DNA of 64,000 nt from positions 58,158,001 through 58,222,000 of the forward strand of contig NW_024704742.1 of assembly GCF_018977255.1 (NCBI RefSeq). The letters run 5' to 3'. This DNA comes from Callorhinchus milii (Eukaryota). The translations under genes were made by a program, and so were the position numbers. This document shows positions 18,901 to 31,600 of this stretch, one piece after another (position 1 is the first letter of the stretch; each line of letters opens with the position of its first letter). Under the pieces are notes generated by a model. That model did no database searches. It was not told the DNA's origin and worked only from the letters and a program-made list of their open reading frames with translations.

Positions 18901-19578
18901 TGTCTGAAACCCTATAGTCTGTCGTTAGCAACATTTATTATAGCCTTCGAGATAATTGTGGGCTATGGTGTAATTTTAGTCTAATCTTTCGTAATAAAAC
19001 AGCTCAAACAATTGAGATCTGGGACAGAGAGCTGGAAAGAAGGCAGGTGCTGGTTGCTATGACTGGTTTTTGCCAGGTAGAGATCTGAACTTGAATGAAC
19101 TGTTTGATCTGATAGCTCCCAGTGAGTGAGTTGCTGTGTTTGCTCTGTTGGGCGGCAGTGGAACTCAAACGCACAGCCATTTTATTCGATCCGATCAGGA
19201 TCTGTTAAAATCTGAAAGATTCCCCCCGACATTTCTGAGTAATCCGAGAAGAGGACGAATGAAGAGAGTCCGCAGAGGCTGGAGAGGAAAGGCACCCAGT
19301 ATTGACAGTGACTCTGCACGCTAATCAGGTGCAAGTGACCAAGTGTTGGGCGACCTTCCTTGCAAATTCACGGAAATGTTTTTGGAGCTGGTTATTTTGC
19401 TGGATCGTTAGTCACAGAGTGCCAAGTCCATTTCCAATGAATATTTTTCTTCCAAAACTGTTTTCAGAAAGATTCGTCTCCCCCTCTACCTGGATCACTT
19501 ACCTGTCGATAAGCACAGCTTAAGTTTGCAAAAGACCCAGTAACTGATTAGAATTAACAGACAGACAAGACAGACAGC

Positions 19579-19629
19579 ATGTGGACCTCTTACACCAACA
19601 GGATCCTGCCTGAGAAGAAGTTGAGCAAA
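19579..19629 (+). CDS. NWD-like coding exon 1 (putative start)
   Basis: cagcATGTGG...AGCAAA|gtaagg; [17 protein letters not shown], phase 0. Confidence 0.55.
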
Positions 19630-22600
19630 GTAAGGAAGACTTTCTTCTTTTTATTTATATACATATATATATATAGTGTGATTTTGTTGATATTATTCTC
19701 CTTCGTATTTCTAACGACTTGTTTTAGATCTATTTGATGCCGGTAGAATAATTGTGAAGTCTGGAGTTAGCAGCAACAAAAGCCCTTCACTTCATAGAAG
19801 TTATGTGACAAAAGTGTATAGATTGGTGCACAAACTCTCTATACACTGCATCTACATCTAGCGGGCATTTATAAACTCTGTAGAGGGAAGAGAGGTCATG
19901 AGCCAATGTGTTGCAGCAGATGATTGAGTTCTGTAATGAAGTTTGATCTTTTAACTATTGGACTTTGCTGATGGTGTTCTTTCCTCTTTGCCCCCTCCCC
20001 CCACACACCCCCTACACTCCCCATCATTTCAATATATGTACATTTCATATTAATGCCTCTGACTTGATAATGGGAAAATATTATTAAGGATTAGACCATT
20101 GCAAGTTTTCTGATCATATCAGACTAAAGCAGATCTAACATATGTATATAAATAATAATAATATATAATAATCCTTGCATTTGATATAGCGCTTTTCATG
20201 TCTTCTCGACATCACAAAGCGCTTCACAGAATATGCTGTAAAGTGAATCGATGGTATATTTGTGGGCGAAACGCGACAGCCAATTGCGCACAGCAGTGTC
20301 CCACAAACAGTCGTGGAATGAAAATGACCAATTTATTATTGTTTTGTTTTGGAGGGATTATTATTATTAGGCTCTGTGTGGAGTAAGGAAACTTGCCCAA
20401 GGTTTCGCCCTGTGCCTGGAATTGAACTCAGGTGTCTCGCTTGCAAAGCGAGTGCTCTAACCACTGAGCTACAGGATATACATTTCCACCTGCCTATTCA
20501 GGTGGAGGTTAAAGATCCTATGACACAACTTAAAAAGAGAAGGGCGTTTCCCCCTGGTGTTCTGGCCAACAATCCTCTCGATTTAAAAAAAATTGTTCAT
20601 TCACTCAGTGGCAGGTTTTAAGATATTGTTTTGGCCAAAGTATTCACCACATTTTATAGTTAATCCTGTGAACATTTCAATTACGTGATAAAGTACTAAT
20701 GTATATCAAATATAATGATTATTATCAGAATTATTACATTGTTTTGCAGGAATATGATCAATTAAAGGACGCTATAGTTCTCCCTCCAATTGGTAAAGAT
20801 CTTCTTGGAAAACCCTCTCCTCTCATAGCTCACAGAATGCAGGTAGTTTTTAAATTGTTGTATTGTGAACGTATTCACATGTATACATGGATTCTCCTCC
20901 CGCTCTCACCCGGTCACCTGCGGGGTACCCCAAGGATCATCCTTGGCCCCATCCTCTTTCTGATCTACATGCTTCCTCTTGGGGATGTCATCCGTAGAAA
21001 TGGGGTACATTTCCACATGTATGCAGATGACACCCAACTCTATTTTTCCACCTCTCTTTGCGACCTCCAGTCCCCTGATGTTCTGCAGCTCGTGTACTGT
21101 CCCGCACCAGGCTACGCGACCACATCACTCCCAACCTCGCTCACCTCCACTGGCTCCCCACCCCCCAGAGGATCGAATTCAAGATCCTCATCCTCACCTA
21201 CAAGGCCATTCACGGCCTTGCACCCTCCTACCTCTCCGACCTACTATCCCCCCATGTACCTACCCATACCTTCCGTTCATTTGGCTCCGATCTGCTCCAC
21301 ATCCCCCACCCTAACCGCCCTACCATCGGTGGCCGGGTCTTCAGCCTCTCAGCCCCCAGGCTCTGGAACTCCATTCCCCAGTGCCTTCGCCGCCTCCTCC
21401 CTTTCCTCCTTCAAGGCCGGTCTCAAGACCTTTCTCTTCAACCACGCCTTCAGCTCCCCTCTTGACTCTCTACCCCCTCCTCACTCCCGCCCTTCCCTCC
21501 CCTCCTCGCTCCCTCCCTTCTTTCCCCTCACCCTGACCATGTCCCCCCTGCTCGGGTCCCGACCCAACTGTCCAGCACCTTGGGACGTCCTCCCGACATG
21601 AAAGGCGCTCTATAAATGCAATCTTGTTGTTGTTGTTGCTGTGTCAGCCTGCCTGTCAGAACTCAGGGGCTGGATGAGCGCAAACTTCCTTCAGCTGAAT
21701 GTTGATAATACGGAAGCCGTACTCTTTGGCTCTCATCAACATCTAAAATCTCACGGCTCTCATCTCCTCCACCTACCCGACCTCCCCCTAAAACTCTCCG
21801 AACCCGTACGCAACCTAGGCATCAGGTTCGACCCCCAATTAACCTTCCTCCCCCACATCCGGTCCCTCACCAGCACCGCCTTCCACCACCTCCGACGCAT
21901 CGCCCGTCTCCGCCAATACCTCTCCCCAAAAGCCGCTGAAACCCTGGTCCATGCCTTTGTCACCTCTCGGCTGGACTATTCTAATATCCTCCTCGCCGGT
22001 CTCCCATCCACTACCATCCATAAAATCCAAATCATTCAAAACTCTGCCGTTCACATTCTCACCCCACCAAACTCTGTTCCCCGATCACCCCAGTCCTTGC
22101 CAGACTGCACTGGCTGTCTATCCCAGAGAGGATCGATTTCAAGATCCTCACCCTTGTATTCAAGTCCCTGCATTCCTCTGCATCCCCCTACCTCTCTGAC
22201 CTCTCTCCTCAAAACAGTACCCGTTGCCTCCGTTCCTTCGGGTCTGGCCTCCTTCTCGTCCCTCGAGTCCTCCGCTCCACCTTTGGCGGCCGTGCCTTCA
22301 GCCACTATGCCCCGAGGCTCTGGAACTCCCTTCCTCACTCCCTTCGCCTCGCTCCCTCCCTTCCCATTTTCAGGTCTCTGCTGAAAACCTTTCTTTTCGA
22401 CATCGCCTTTGGTCACCTTTCTCCCCCTCCCCCTGGCTCGGCCCCGGGATCCGTTACTATGAAGCACTCTGAGATGCCGTTTGGGTGGAGGGCGCTATAT
22501 AAATCCAAGTTGTTGTTGTTGTTGGTAAAATATGACAATACTTTTAAAATAGATTTAATGGCAACTGGAATGTTCCCGACATCTACATTGACATTATTTT

Positions 22601-25600
22601 CTTTCTGCTTTGAAATATTCATCTCTTCAACTTTATTTTATTTAACCTTTAAACTCAAGCCGAGGGAATGTTCATTTGTGCACATATTCTTACCCGTACC
22701 AAGTCACCCCAGTCCTGGCTCCTTTTTGCAGAACAGATCGAATTCAAAATCCTACTTACAAATCAATTCATGCTCTAGCACCACCCTACCTCTCCGACCT
22801 TCTTACATCCCACTTACCTACCCCCTTTGCTCAGTGGGCTCTGGCAATCTACACGTTTCTCGTCCACTCCGCTCCATCACCTGCAACCACGTTTTTGTTT
22901 GAATAACTTTGCCCTAAACAGTTACCATTTGGGAAAATCTTGGAACCATAACCACATTATGCTTAGAAAGCAAATTGACGCAAATAAATTTATATTCACC
23001 CTTTAGGATAGGATACTGTAACATTCTAAAGGTATTCTTGTGACTGTTGACCATTACCATGTGAACAACGGAGAAAAAGATGGACAAAACAATACAAGTT
23101 TACTTCACTGCAATGTCAGTTGAGGAACAATGCTTATGGTTGAAATAATTTTCTCTTAGTCAAAAGTAAATACCATATAAATTAATGGGTATACAGTACA
23201 AGGATAGAACTGGTTCTAGAATTTGCTTCTGGGTGGGGTGGTAGGAATGGTTGGGGGGGTAGGATGTGTGGGGGGCATTAGATAAGTGAGAGGTAGTATG
23301 CATAGAGGACTATGTGGAGAATAAACACTGGCACCGTTAGTCACTACATATAACATTATATCCCTAGACCTTAGATTGTCCAGCGCCTTAGGACATCTTC
23401 CTAATGAGAAAAGCATGCTATAAACATAAATTTGTATTGTGCTTTAGCCTGTGAAGCACTTTGAGACATTCTCCTGACGTGGAAGGCGCTGTGTCAAATG
23501 CAAGGATTATAACTGGACCCAGGTGTTCCGAGGTGAGGACAGTTCTACTTTAAATGTCCTTATTGTAATGTGAAGGAATTTTGTTTCCAATAGGAGAGGG
23601 CTTTAAAAAATCAAAATCCATCCAGTAACCTGCAGGATCTCTTCTTCTCCCCTCGGATTGTGGACTTACACAGGGTTTCTTACACAATCGTGGACCTTAA
23701 GAACAGCAGAGTGAGTTGGTGTAATATTTGAAAGATAATACTTGGAGAGAGGTATTTGGAATTTGTTTTTTCAATTATAATATTTCTAAATTGCTAGATA
23801 GCAGAGCGTCATTGGAGAGTGCCTTACAGAAAAATCAGCAGCAACACAGACGACAAAATCAAAACCCATTTGAAGGTATGGAATTCTTGTTAATGCCTGT
23901 CCCTTTCCAATACATTTAACTTATTCTAAGATCAGTGAAGTTAAGGTTAATAACAAGCAAATATCAGTAAAAGTGAAAACAGTGAAACTAAATCAGCTTT
24001 GCCTTTTTTGTTAGTTAATTAGGCAACACAGACTTACTTTAAAATGAAAGATTTTTAAAAATGTGGCCCTTTGGGAATATTGTTAACCAACTTATAATGA
24101 GGTTCTGTATTATTATTGGCATATAGTGCATCTTAGGATCAACTGAGAAAATGACTTGAGGCACTTTGTTAACTAAATTTTTAATGCTAAGAGACATAAC
24201 TGTTTATACTGTGCTTACTGACATATCTCCACTTACTAAGATGAATAGCAGCATGTCTATATCTTGTATTTACTATCAGCGTGACTTGTACCGACGGCAT
24301 TTGAAACGGATTATTCAGCATTACAGAGATGGGTCATCATCAGACGAAGGTGATGGAAGACCCTTGGGGAATAATGGACCCATGATTCAGAAGCTAGAAC
24401 AGGTTAATTTCAAAAATTGCATTACAATCAATTATATAGCCACAGTACAACCTATAGGTGTTTGTGTTATTTAAGGACAAGAGAATCTAAAATGTCATAA
24501 ATGGAAACTAGATTTATTGTGTTGATTGTGACTTCTTTTTGTCGATTTTCATATTGTGAAATTTCAAGCAAAATTTGGAAGAGGCAAATTGTGAATCCCA
24601 AACTTAAGTCCAAACAGGAAAGAGCCAGGGTTTTACACATTAGAATTTTTTTTATCTTTGCTGATTTGGGCACAGCATTTACAATCTTTTGCTTATGAAT
24701 TTTGCTGTAAATTTTCCACTCTTCCCACTCAATATCTATTAAACCTATAAGCCAAAGACAGAGAAGGTTCTCCTAGAAGGACAGACCCAGGAAGGCTTGA
24801 CACATAATGCTTTCAATGGCAAGCTATGCGGTTTTAGCTGGTTAAACTCCAGCAGTAAGTCAACACACACTCTGCAGTATCCCCAAGCCTTGGCTCTTGC
24901 CAGTCTGCACCTAATGCTCTCTCTCAGCAAAGAGTCCATATTCCATCCTAATACACAGAATTTCCATGTGTAGGTGGGATGCATAGAATTCTCAGTTTGG
25001 TTTGGATACTCTTATGCATGGTGATGGGTTTTCACATGTGTCAGACACCCGGCTGACCTAACAAAATCAGAATCCAATGAAAACCTACACCGCAAAATTG
25101 CTCTGAATTGGCAACCTTAGCAGTCATGTTACAGTTGTTTGGGAACTTTTCCAGAACTTGTAGTTGTGATTAGCACATGAAAACATTTAACATTGTTGCT
25201 CAGTTAATTTATAGTGCAGCTTAGTTATAGTGTAACTAAAGAATACTTTTTATCTTTGAGTCACACTACAATGTCTCAGAGACTAAATTCAACACAGGAA
25301 CAACTGATCCAATTTTGATTCCTGGTAATGGTACAAAATGTTAGGTTCAACCAAAGACTCAGCATTACAAATCACTGCTAAGTGTATTTATTTGGTCAGC
25401 CCGTCTGACATATGTGAAAAACCATCACCATTCTTACAAGTATCCAAACAAATTGAGAATTCCAGGCATCCCGCCTGCACATGGAAATTCCGTGTTTTGG
25501 GTTGGAATATGCATTCTCTCCCTGGAGGGCCGCATCATGCTAATCCTGAAGAGTATTGGTTGAAGGCTGGCAAGAGCCCAGGCTTGGGAACCCCAGAGTT

Positions 25601-28600
25601 TGTGTTGGGCACTGTTACAGTCTAACCAGCTAAAATCACATAGTTTGCCGTAACAGCTTTGGTTTGCGAGATTGAGGACTAGTCTACACCACAAATTCTC
25701 ATTGATCAGCCAAACTATTGACAGTGCTTCATATTGCTGGAGACCTGCCTAGCTTTGCTGGTTCTAAGATTTAAACCTAGAACCTCGTACACAAAGTGGT
25801 CAATGAAATTAACCATGTGGGATGTTAGAGATAGGAAAGGAAAAATCTTACAGAATCCACTGCCAAGTAAGAATTGGGTATAGTTACAATATTCAGCATG
25901 ATCAAATGGCTCACGAGAAATCAGAGTTTGAGTTTGCATGTGTAGAATGGTTACTTAGGGTGATGTACTAGATGTCTGTAGATACATACAATACCGGCAC
26001 AGAAGAAATTGAGGGGTTGGGGGGTGGGATGAAGGACAGAAAATAATAAGTATTAACCCATGTCTACAATTCTTTGATGCAAAACCAATGCTTCACGGCA
26101 CCAAGTCGAGGCTAACACACAGCTCCAATGCAGTGCAGGGGGAACACTGCCTGTTCAGGTGGATGTTAAAGATTCCACAGCACTATTCAAAAAGAAAATG
26201 GAGTTTATCTTGGGGTCCTACCCAACAATCCCCAAATATTATTTGTCACTCATTCCATGACTGTTTGTGGGACATTGCTGTGCACAAACTGATTGCTAAA
26301 TATGCCCACAAAATACACACAATCACACCATTTTACAGTATATTGTGCTTATGGTTACCTCCTCCCTCAGCTTGGCGTCAGCCTCTGTCACTGTGAAGCG
26401 CTCCGAGACTCTGCCCCATGTGAAGAGCGCTATATAAATGCAAGTTATTGTTCTTATTTTTACAGTAAATTCTGTGAGACACTTCGAGATTTCTGGATGA
26501 CATGTTAAGGCACTAAATCAAATGCCAGGATTATTGTTATAAGTACATTAATTTTATTATAGATTCCATTCAGATAGTATCAAGCCTCAAATTTAGTTTA
26601 CATTGTTTATATATCTTATTCAGAACATTTTTTTCTGTCTCAAAGCCTCAAATATTGAAGCTTTGAGATAGCTATTTCTCCCACAAAATATACAGTCAAT
26701 TCATTTTACAGTATATTCTGTGAAGTGCTTTGAGATGTCTCGAAGACGTGATAAGGCAATATATCAAATGCAAGGATTATTATTGTCTATTTTGAAAGAA
26801 ATTCAATGGAATAAATTATTATTTTTGATTTTGTTGCTTAAAATTAAATTGAATCATGTCTGGCCTTCTTGTTAACCTAGTCAATATCCAAATATAAACT
26901 GTATTCTCTTATTTTCTCGACAGTCAAGTGAAACTTCATTACCTCAGGATACTTCCTTTAAACCACCACTATTCCAGAGTGGTTATACAGCCAGCAGTGA
27001 AGAAAGCTCTTCATTCAGTCTGGGAAATGAATTAGTCAAAAGCAGAAAATCAGATCGCTTACTAAAACAGCAAGGAAACCAGCCAAGCGTCTGTAAAATG
27101 TTACCATTAATATCCGGTACATTCAATCAGGTTCAAAGTTTGGAATCTGATTCTTACGATGATCTCAAGAAAGAGCAAAGTTTGAGGTCATGGCACACTG
27201 AAAATTCAGAGGCTTTTGTATCATGTTCTTCTGTGACCACTCAGTCAACAAACAGTGAGGTACAGCAATCTCAGTCAAAAACCATCGGCAAATGGGGAGG
27301 TTCCACACGGTCTAAAATCCTGATGAGCAGAAGTGAGCCAAATCCTCAGATAGATATTGACTTTGAAAGTGAAATCATGAGAGGAAACATCAAAATAACC
27401 TGTCCAAGTCAGAAGAAAAGGTTTATGACGTATATCTGTAGTAGCTACATAGGTAACTATTTTTAAGCAACATATTTCTGTTCTATTCACCTATGTGGCT
27501 GTCTCAACATTAAACCAATGAAAAACCGAATGGTGAAAATGTATATGTTTCAATTGTTGGGATAGTAGCCAGAATCAAGACAGTGGATGGAAGGTAAGCG
27601 GGGAAAGCAGTGGAATGTCAGAATCAAGCCGACTCTCTTGTTACTGTCTCGGTAGACTGGGGCATAAATGTTTTGCAAGATTGTATTTACCAGGTTTATT
27701 TGCAGTGAAGAATCCAAAGAGGTAATGTCATTATTCCATCAAAATGCAAAATACAGTTGGTTTCTTTTAATTGTAATTAACCAAAAGTGAACCAAGAAAA
27801 TGTATTGTGGTGAAGGTGATTTTTGTGAGGCCAGTAAATTTACCACAGTAACATTGGAGTTTATAATGTGTAAAGAGCTCCATAAATTAAAATACTTTTA
27901 CCTTTGCAGATACAGAGCATGAAAGCAATGCATTAATGGAAAAGGTATACCCCAGACTAAATAAATATTGCAAAGAAAGAGGTTATGACTTCAAGATGGT
28001 TGATCTCAGATGGGGAGTGAAGAATGGGATTTGTGATAACCATACCACAGCTCAGCTACATCTGGACGTACTTAAGGAATGCCAAATGTCTGAAGGGTCC
28101 AACTTCATAGTAAGTGGAACAAAAATGTGTGACAACAAAAATGTTGATGCTGAAGCCCTGGAATTGTAATGATTTTAACAGATCCAATGTCATGGTTATT
28201 CAGTTGATTCCATTAAGAAACATTGGGATTTTCATCCAATATATATGTTACAAAATAGATACATCACACCACTTTATATTCTGTGAAGTACTTGAGACAT
28301 CTCTTTCCACTTAGTTCCTGTTAACCCTGCATGCCAAAGCCCTATCAATCTTGCTATATCAATCCTTGCATTTGATATAAGGCGCAATATGAAATATAAG
28401 CATTGTTATTATTACAAATGACACAGTGGTTGTGTTTGTGTTATAGCATATTTACATTGACTATTGATAGATATGAGTTGAGAACTGCTTTTGCAATGAT
28501 TACCATTCATGCTCCTTCACTGTACCACAGCATCTATTTTATTTTTATACAACATATATAATCTTCATTGTTCAGTGAAAATAAATAATCTAAAATTAAG

Positions 28601-31600
28601 TCAATTTATTGGATGGTTACATTTTCTGCTTCACCATCTTTAATTTCTCATTGGTTTATTTTGATGTTCAGTTGGTTTCTTTAGCACATTTTTTGAATGC
28701 AGGGTGATTGCTTGTATAGTTAACTTCCTTGTGATTGTATTGTCAAACCTTTGTTTATTCGTAGATTTTAATTGGGCACAAACGTGAGGTGCCTCTACTT
28801 CCAGAGAGAATAAATAAAGAAACATTTGAAGCTATTCTTAACTTTATGGAGACCAAGAAAATGAAGCTAACTCAAGGAACCAATTCAATTACAATTTTCA
28901 ATTCCAAAACATGTCAAAAGACATTGAATTCCATAAAAAATCTAGCATTGCAAAAGCTGACTTAACTAACAGTTCACATCCACATCAACTGCCTGGTAAG
29001 GAGTTACCAGGAAATCATGATACCACTGAAGATCTGTCCAGCCACGTGCACCAGACAGAAGATATATCTTTTAGTGGATCTCTGCTGGAAGTGTCTGAAA
29101 ATGTGTCAGACTTTGAGCTTCTTCAGCAGTGGTATAAACTGGATGAAAACTGTGCCCCTGGAATTTACAGACTTCAGGCAATCAGGTTAGCACAATTTCA
29201 TGTTAAATTGCTCATCTTGCTTACACCAGGCAATGTAGGAAGCCAACAATGGTTGGGGTGAAAATAAAAAAATGTACTGGACCAGTAAGTTGTGATTTCC
29301 TTAACTGGGATGTTTTTTTCTTTTCTAAGAGCAATTCCAAACATCATCTACAGTACAATAACTTTTATTGCAATTTTCTCTCAATCTGAACTGTGTTTCA
29401 TTTTGCAGCAGATACTACAGAGACTTTTACAGCAAGGATCCCCTACGCAGACAACACACAAAGAATAACTGGGCAGGTTGTTCCCAGAAACTCTATAGTA
29501 TCCTTCAAGAATTTGCCCCTCTGGCCCTTGATGAAAAAGCAGCCTCAAGTCTACTGAGAACAGGTAGAGACGGGAAAAAGTACAGTAATGGTTTTAACTG
29601 CAGAACAATGTGAAATAAAAATAAGAAAATTTATAACTGTGTTGCTATAATAAATATCAATAATTATCATTGCACTTGGTGTAGTACCTTTCCCATTGGA
29701 TGTCTCAAAGCACTTTGCAGGATTTACTGTAAAATATAGTGGCTGGTATATTGGTAGGCAAATGCAGCTGCCAATTTGCACACAGCAGTGTCCCACAAAC
29801 AGTCATTAATGATTTAAGAAATTACTAATTTTATGTGTGGGATTTTTGGCCAGGGCACCAGGAGAAACTCCCTTCTCTTTTCAAAAATACTGCCATTGGA
29901 TCTTTACTGATCCTTCTAAAGAGGCAAAGAAGACCTTGATTTAACATCTCATTTGAACGACCACACCTCCAACAAACCAGCTGTTGACACCCCAGTGCTG
30001 TATTATAGTGTCAGTCCAGACTGTATGAGGTCAGAGGCCTGGTATGGGTTTGAACCCCAGGTTTTTGACTCAGAGGCAAAAATGCTATAAACTGACCCAG
30101 GCAGGCATCTCTAACATTGCACCAAATCAAAATTGAAAATATTCTAACTGCTATAAAAATTGGGAGTATCAAGTATCATTAGAATTCCATCCTTTATGAC
30201 TTGTTAGAGCCAATAATAAAAGTGCCAACAGAAGTACCTATACTATCAACCAAAAGAGTGCCATTCATCAAAGTTTGAAATTAATCACCATTTAAGGCAT
30301 TCCTAATCTACAATATAGTTGTTTCATACTCTATTGCTGGGTCTTTATCTCTGCTGACACTGAGGACACAATCTTATTTTAATTAGTAATTAAATCCTCT
30401 GTGTGATTGGAAGGGTACCAGCTACAGTGAAGTTTCACATTGTGCAACCATTTTTTATTGATGCCAGAAGCCAAAAGTAGGTTCTCCATGACTTCTGGTA
30501 TTCGTAAACAATTCCAGAAATTGAATTTAACAGTGAAACTGTTATATTGCAAAAACACACTGCAACTTTTAGCACCCAGACGCCCATATTCCCATCTAGT
30601 TTGAAACCATTTTGTCTTAATATTTAAAATAACAGAATGGTGAAAAATTCTTAATTTGGAAGCCTGTTATTTTTAATCACTTCCATTTTCAAATTAAATT
30701 TAAGAATTAATCACAATTCTGCATGAGCTTAAATTCTAAACAAAATAGTTTTAGTGGCTAAGACCAAGTGAAATTTAAGACCTAATGTTTGGGGTATATT
30801 GGTAAAGGCAATAGCATTATATTATCTAGGTAGTAATCATTTACTCGACTTTTGTGCCACCATATGAAAGATTTTTAGTCCCTTCCAGATTGTCTTAGAA
30901 AGGACATTGTACCTTGTGATGAAATTTACTGTTTAAATGTGCTACCTTGTTATAGAGGGCAACTTTCAGAAGCAATGTTAAATCTAGCTCCCATCTGCCT
31001 GTTCACATTACAGATCCCATGGCACTATTGAAAAAAGAGAAAGGAGTTTCTCCGAGTGTCTAAACACTGGAATTTACATTTTTCTTTGCCTCTTTTTCTC
31101 AATATTTCAGTTCAAGAACGCGAGGTTGAACAAGGTCTGCAAACAAAAGGACCCCCAGAGGAATGCTGCCACTGGTTTAAGAGGAATATTACTGACATCA
31201 ACTACAATCTGTCAAGTGTTAAAGCTTCAGATTACATTGACGTATGTCCACAAAAGGCAGAGTTAAACAATTCACTGCATAAAACTCATATGGAATTTCT
31301 GGAAAGCATTCATGCTCAGGTAATAACAAATAATGTAGTTTAATCCTTCACTTGGTGTGTTTTTGTGATGTGAATCATTGCATGTGGAGTCCTGTAGCTC
31401 AGTGGTTAGAGCACTCGCTTTGCAAGCGAGAGACCTGAGTTCAATTCCAGGCAGAGGGCGAAACCTTGGGCAAGTTTCCTTACTCCACACAGAGCCTAAT
31501 AATAATCCCTCCAAAACCAAATCAATAATAAATTGGTCATTTTCAATCTACAACTGTTTGTGGGACATTGCTGTGCGCAATTGGCTGCCGCGTTCGCCCA

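Noticed and set aside
20699..21601. 300-aa ORF
   Set aside because: Chance fusion of host exon 2, intron sequence and two L2 fragments.
31386..31460. tRNA-Ala(TGC)-like sequence (also at 3273, 11476, 63540 and others)
   Set aside because: It has A/B boxes and an anticodon arm but no proper acceptor stem, and it always continues into the SINE body. These are SINE heads, not tRNA genes.
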